Shown: in pieces, positions 61,015 to 64,000 of the stretch
Position numbering within the stretch: position 1 is the first letter of the stretch
Layout: every line of letters starts with the position of its first letter
Assembly: GCA_002269645.1 (NCBI GenBank)
Contig: NIVC01001374.1
Coordinates: 238,686-302,685 of the forward strand
Origin: Macrostomum lignano
Taxonomy: Eukaryota
Reading direction: 5' to 3'
Length of the DNA stretch: 64,000 bases
The notes under the pieces: model-generated
Seen by the model: only the letters and a program-made list of their open reading frames with translations
What the model was told of the DNA's origin: nothing
Databases searched by the model: none
Translations under genes and position numbers: made by a program

Positions 61015-64000
61015 TGTGTATATTTGTTTAAGCATAGTCTTTATACTTGAGAGAATAGGGAGGTGTGAGTCAGAGCGAACTGGCTGGCTGGGCAAAGCTC
61101 CCCAGCAGCCAGGCGTGCAGGGGCCTGTGCACAGGCGGGCCCCGCACTCGACCGTGCACCAGTCTGGCCACCACAGAGCTCGCCCCCAGCACCGAGCTAT
61201 TCGGCCAAGGCCGCCGGGCTCGGACGGCACCGGCGGGGTGGCAGTCGGCGGCTGGGGAAAGCAGCAATGCGTTGGGCCGCCGGCGGAATGTCGCCAGATG
61301 AAGAGGCGGGTCGCGCGGCAGAGTGCGCTGGGGGCGGCTCAGCGGGCAGCCGCGGCGGGCGGCCTCTCGGTCGCAGGGCCGGCGTCGGGAACGGGTCGAC
61401 CGCGTCGATGACGGCTGGCTTCAGTCTCTCCACTGACACTCGGTCGCGTCGAGTGCCCAGATCTAGCAGGAAAGCTTTGGCGTCCCGCTCGAGGACCTTG
61501 AACGGGCCGTCGTAAGGTCGCTGCAGCGGAGGGCGGTGGCGTCGTCGTCGTCGTCGGACAAAAACGAACTGGCAGGCGTCGAGGGCGGCCGGCCAAGCTG
61601 TGGGGCGGCTGCCGTGACTGGATGTCGGCGTCGGCCGGAATGCCTGGACGGCACCGCGGAGCCGGGCGAGGAACTGGTCGTGGTCGCCGGCCGGCGGGCT
61701 GGGCTGCAGGCACTCGCCAGGCACGCAGAGGGGCGCTCCGTAGACCAGCTCGGCCGACGATGCGGCAGGTCCTCCTTGGGGCCGTCCGGATGCCAAGCAG
61801 CACCCAGGGCAGCTCGCTGACTTAGGCTGGTCCGGCCAGTCCCGCCATGAGGGAGGATTTCTGCTGCCGGTGGAAACGCTCGACCAGCCCGTTCGCCTGC
61901 GGATGGAAAGCCGTTGTCCGGTGGAGCTGCATTCCGAGGAACCGTGAGACGTTGGACCACAGCTGCGACGTGAACTGCGAGCCGCGGTCCGAGGTGATGT
62001 CGCTTGGCACTCCAAACCTGGCGATCCAGTGGGCGATGAAGGCGGAGGCGCACGCGGCCGCGGAGGTGTCGGTCATCGGATCGCCTCCGGCCACCGGGTG
62101 AAACGGTCCACGATGGTCAGCAGGTGCGTGAAGCCTTGCGAAGGCGGCAGCGGCCCCACCAGGTCGACGTGCACGTGGGCGAAGCGCTGTTCCGTGACGC
62201 GGATATTGCAACGAGCGGCGACGTGCCGGTGCACCTTGGCTGTCTGGCAGGCGACAGAGGACCGGGCCCACCGGCTAACGTCCTAGTTCATGCCGGCCCA
62301 CACGAACTTGGCAGCCACGAGGCGCCGCGTGCTGCTGACGGACGGCTGGGCGAGGCCGTGGATGGCGTCGAAGACGGGGCGTCTGAAATTCGGCGGCACC
62401 AACGGGCGCGGCCGGACTGTGGAGATGTCGCAGAGCAGGGCGAATCTCCGCTCCGCTATAAAAGGGGCTACAGCGGCTCAAGTTGTAGGCTGGCGTCTGC
62501 CTGACTGGCCGTATCGGCCGCCTGCGCCTGGGCCATGGATCCACGCGAAATCCACGCCGGGGAGCAGCCGGGGCTGCACAGAAGAGACCGTGCAGCGGGA
62601 CAGCGCGTCTGCGACTGAGTTGTCCTTGCCTGCCACGTGCTGGATGTCCGTGGTGAACTCGGACACGTAGGCCAGGTGGCGCTGCTGTCGGGCGGACCAC
62701 GGGTCGGACATCTTGGACATGGCGGCGACCAGCGGCTTGTGGTCCGTGAAAGCTGTGAACGCGCGGCCCTCCAGGAAATAGCGAAAGTCCCGGACCGCCA
62801 GGTATAGGGCGAGCAGCTCACGGTCGAATGCGCTGTACTTCTGCTCGGGCGGGCGCAGCTGCCGGCTGAAGAAGGCGAGCGGCTGCCAGGCGCTGCCAAC
62901 CCGCTGCTCGAGCGCTGCCCCGACCGCGGTATCGGAGGCGTCGACGGTGAGGGCGATGGGCGCGTCTGGCCGCGGATGTACCAGCATGGCGGCGGAGGCC
63001 AGCGCCCGCTTAGCTCCGCGAAAGCGGCGGTCAGCTCGGGCGTCCACCGGACGAACTTCTCCTTGCCGGCCGTGGCCGCATGGATGGGGCGTAGCAGCTG
63101 GGCGGCGCGCGGCACGAAGCGGTGGTAGAAATTCACCATGCCGGCGAAACTCCTGCAGGCCCTTGACGGTGGCTGGCGGTGCGAATCTGGCGATGGCGTC
63201 GACTTTGGCGGGCAGCGGCACGGCTCCCTGGGCGCTGATCCGGTGGCCGAGGAAGTCGATCTCGGCGGCCGAACTCGCACTTCGCCGGGTTGACGATAAG
63301 GCCGTTGTCCGCCAGGCGCTGGAAAAGCGTCCGCAGGTGCTCCGGTGCTCTTGCGGGCTGTGGCTAGCGACCAGGAAGTCGTCGATGTAGGCGAAGACAA
63401 AGTCCAGGTCTTGGCAGACGGAGTCCACCAACCGCTGGAAGGCTGGGCGGCGTTCTTGAGACCGAATGGCATTCGCAGGAACTCGAAGAGGCCGAACGGG
63501 GTGGTGACGGCGGTCTTGGGCACGTCGGCTGCGGCCACGGGTACCTGGTGGTAGCCACGAACCAGGTCGATTTTGGAGAAAACCGAGCAGCCGGCTAGCG
63601 CGCACGGAAAGTCCTGGATGTGCGGCACCGGGTAGCGGTCGGGCACCGTGGCGTCGTTTAGCCGCCTGAAATCGCCGCAGGGCCGCCAGCCACCGGAGGC
63701 TTTTGGGACCATATGCAACGGCGAGGACCAAGGGCTGTTGGACGACGAACGATGCCGAGCTGCTCCAGGAGCCGGAACTCCTCCTTGGCCACCGCCAGCT
63801 TGTCCGGTGGCAGGCGGCGAGGGCGGCATGGACCGGCGGGCCCTGCGTCGGATGGTGCTCCACCCCGTGTTGTGCTCAGCCGCTGGAAACTGGGCTCAGT
63901 GAGGGCGGGGAACTCGGCCAACAGCTGGCTGTACGAGTCCGCAGCGGCGGCTGCGGCGAGTGCTGTCGCGGCCCCGCGCCGTCCAGCAGGTGCACACTGC
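61015..64000 (-). mobile_element. Ty3/Gypsy LTR retrotransposon (pol: RT-RNaseH-integrase), frameshifted; 5' part outside window
   Basis: [54 protein letters not shown]; RNase [30 protein letters not shown]; integrase SDRGSQFTS, AFHPQANGLVERFHR. PPT-like TGGGGGCGAGCTC is followed by TGTGG at 61175 (3' LTR start; LTR end uncertain). Confidence 0.93.

Overview
Eukaryotic (metazoan) genomic DNA with GC-rich exons, AT-rich introns, TTAGGG-type telomere-like tracts and dense repeats. The composition and RTE-family fragments resemble a free-living flatworm such as Macrostomum (inference, not verified). Six spliced genes were reconstructed by hand with consistent GT-AG phases. (1) An HCN/Ih pacemaker channel (+, ~2058-10490). 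(2) A compact ~1066-aa fibrillin-like gene (-, 12817-26773) with a probable second promoter and signal-peptide exon. (3) An orphan two-exon gene (-, 31779-34442). (4) A VCPKMT/METTL21D methyltransferase (-, 35671-37426). (5) A divergent HAUS3-like augmin subunit (-, 38282-43334). (6) An Mx-like dynamin GTPase (-, 51642-56531). The rest is SINEs, MITE/foldback elements, LINE fragments, a frameshifted Gypsy element and many tandem arrays. The standout observation is in the HCN gene: the 150-nt exon encoding the S4-S5 linker, S5 and turret is present as three tandem paralogs (56-64% aa identity), apparently mutually exclusive, differing at residues known to control HCN gate closure and gating polarity. 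Also notable: an Mx G4 motif changed to TCPD, a tandemly amplified Mx splice acceptor whose extra copies all lead to one stop codon, and foldback elements carrying telomere-like or satellite cores.
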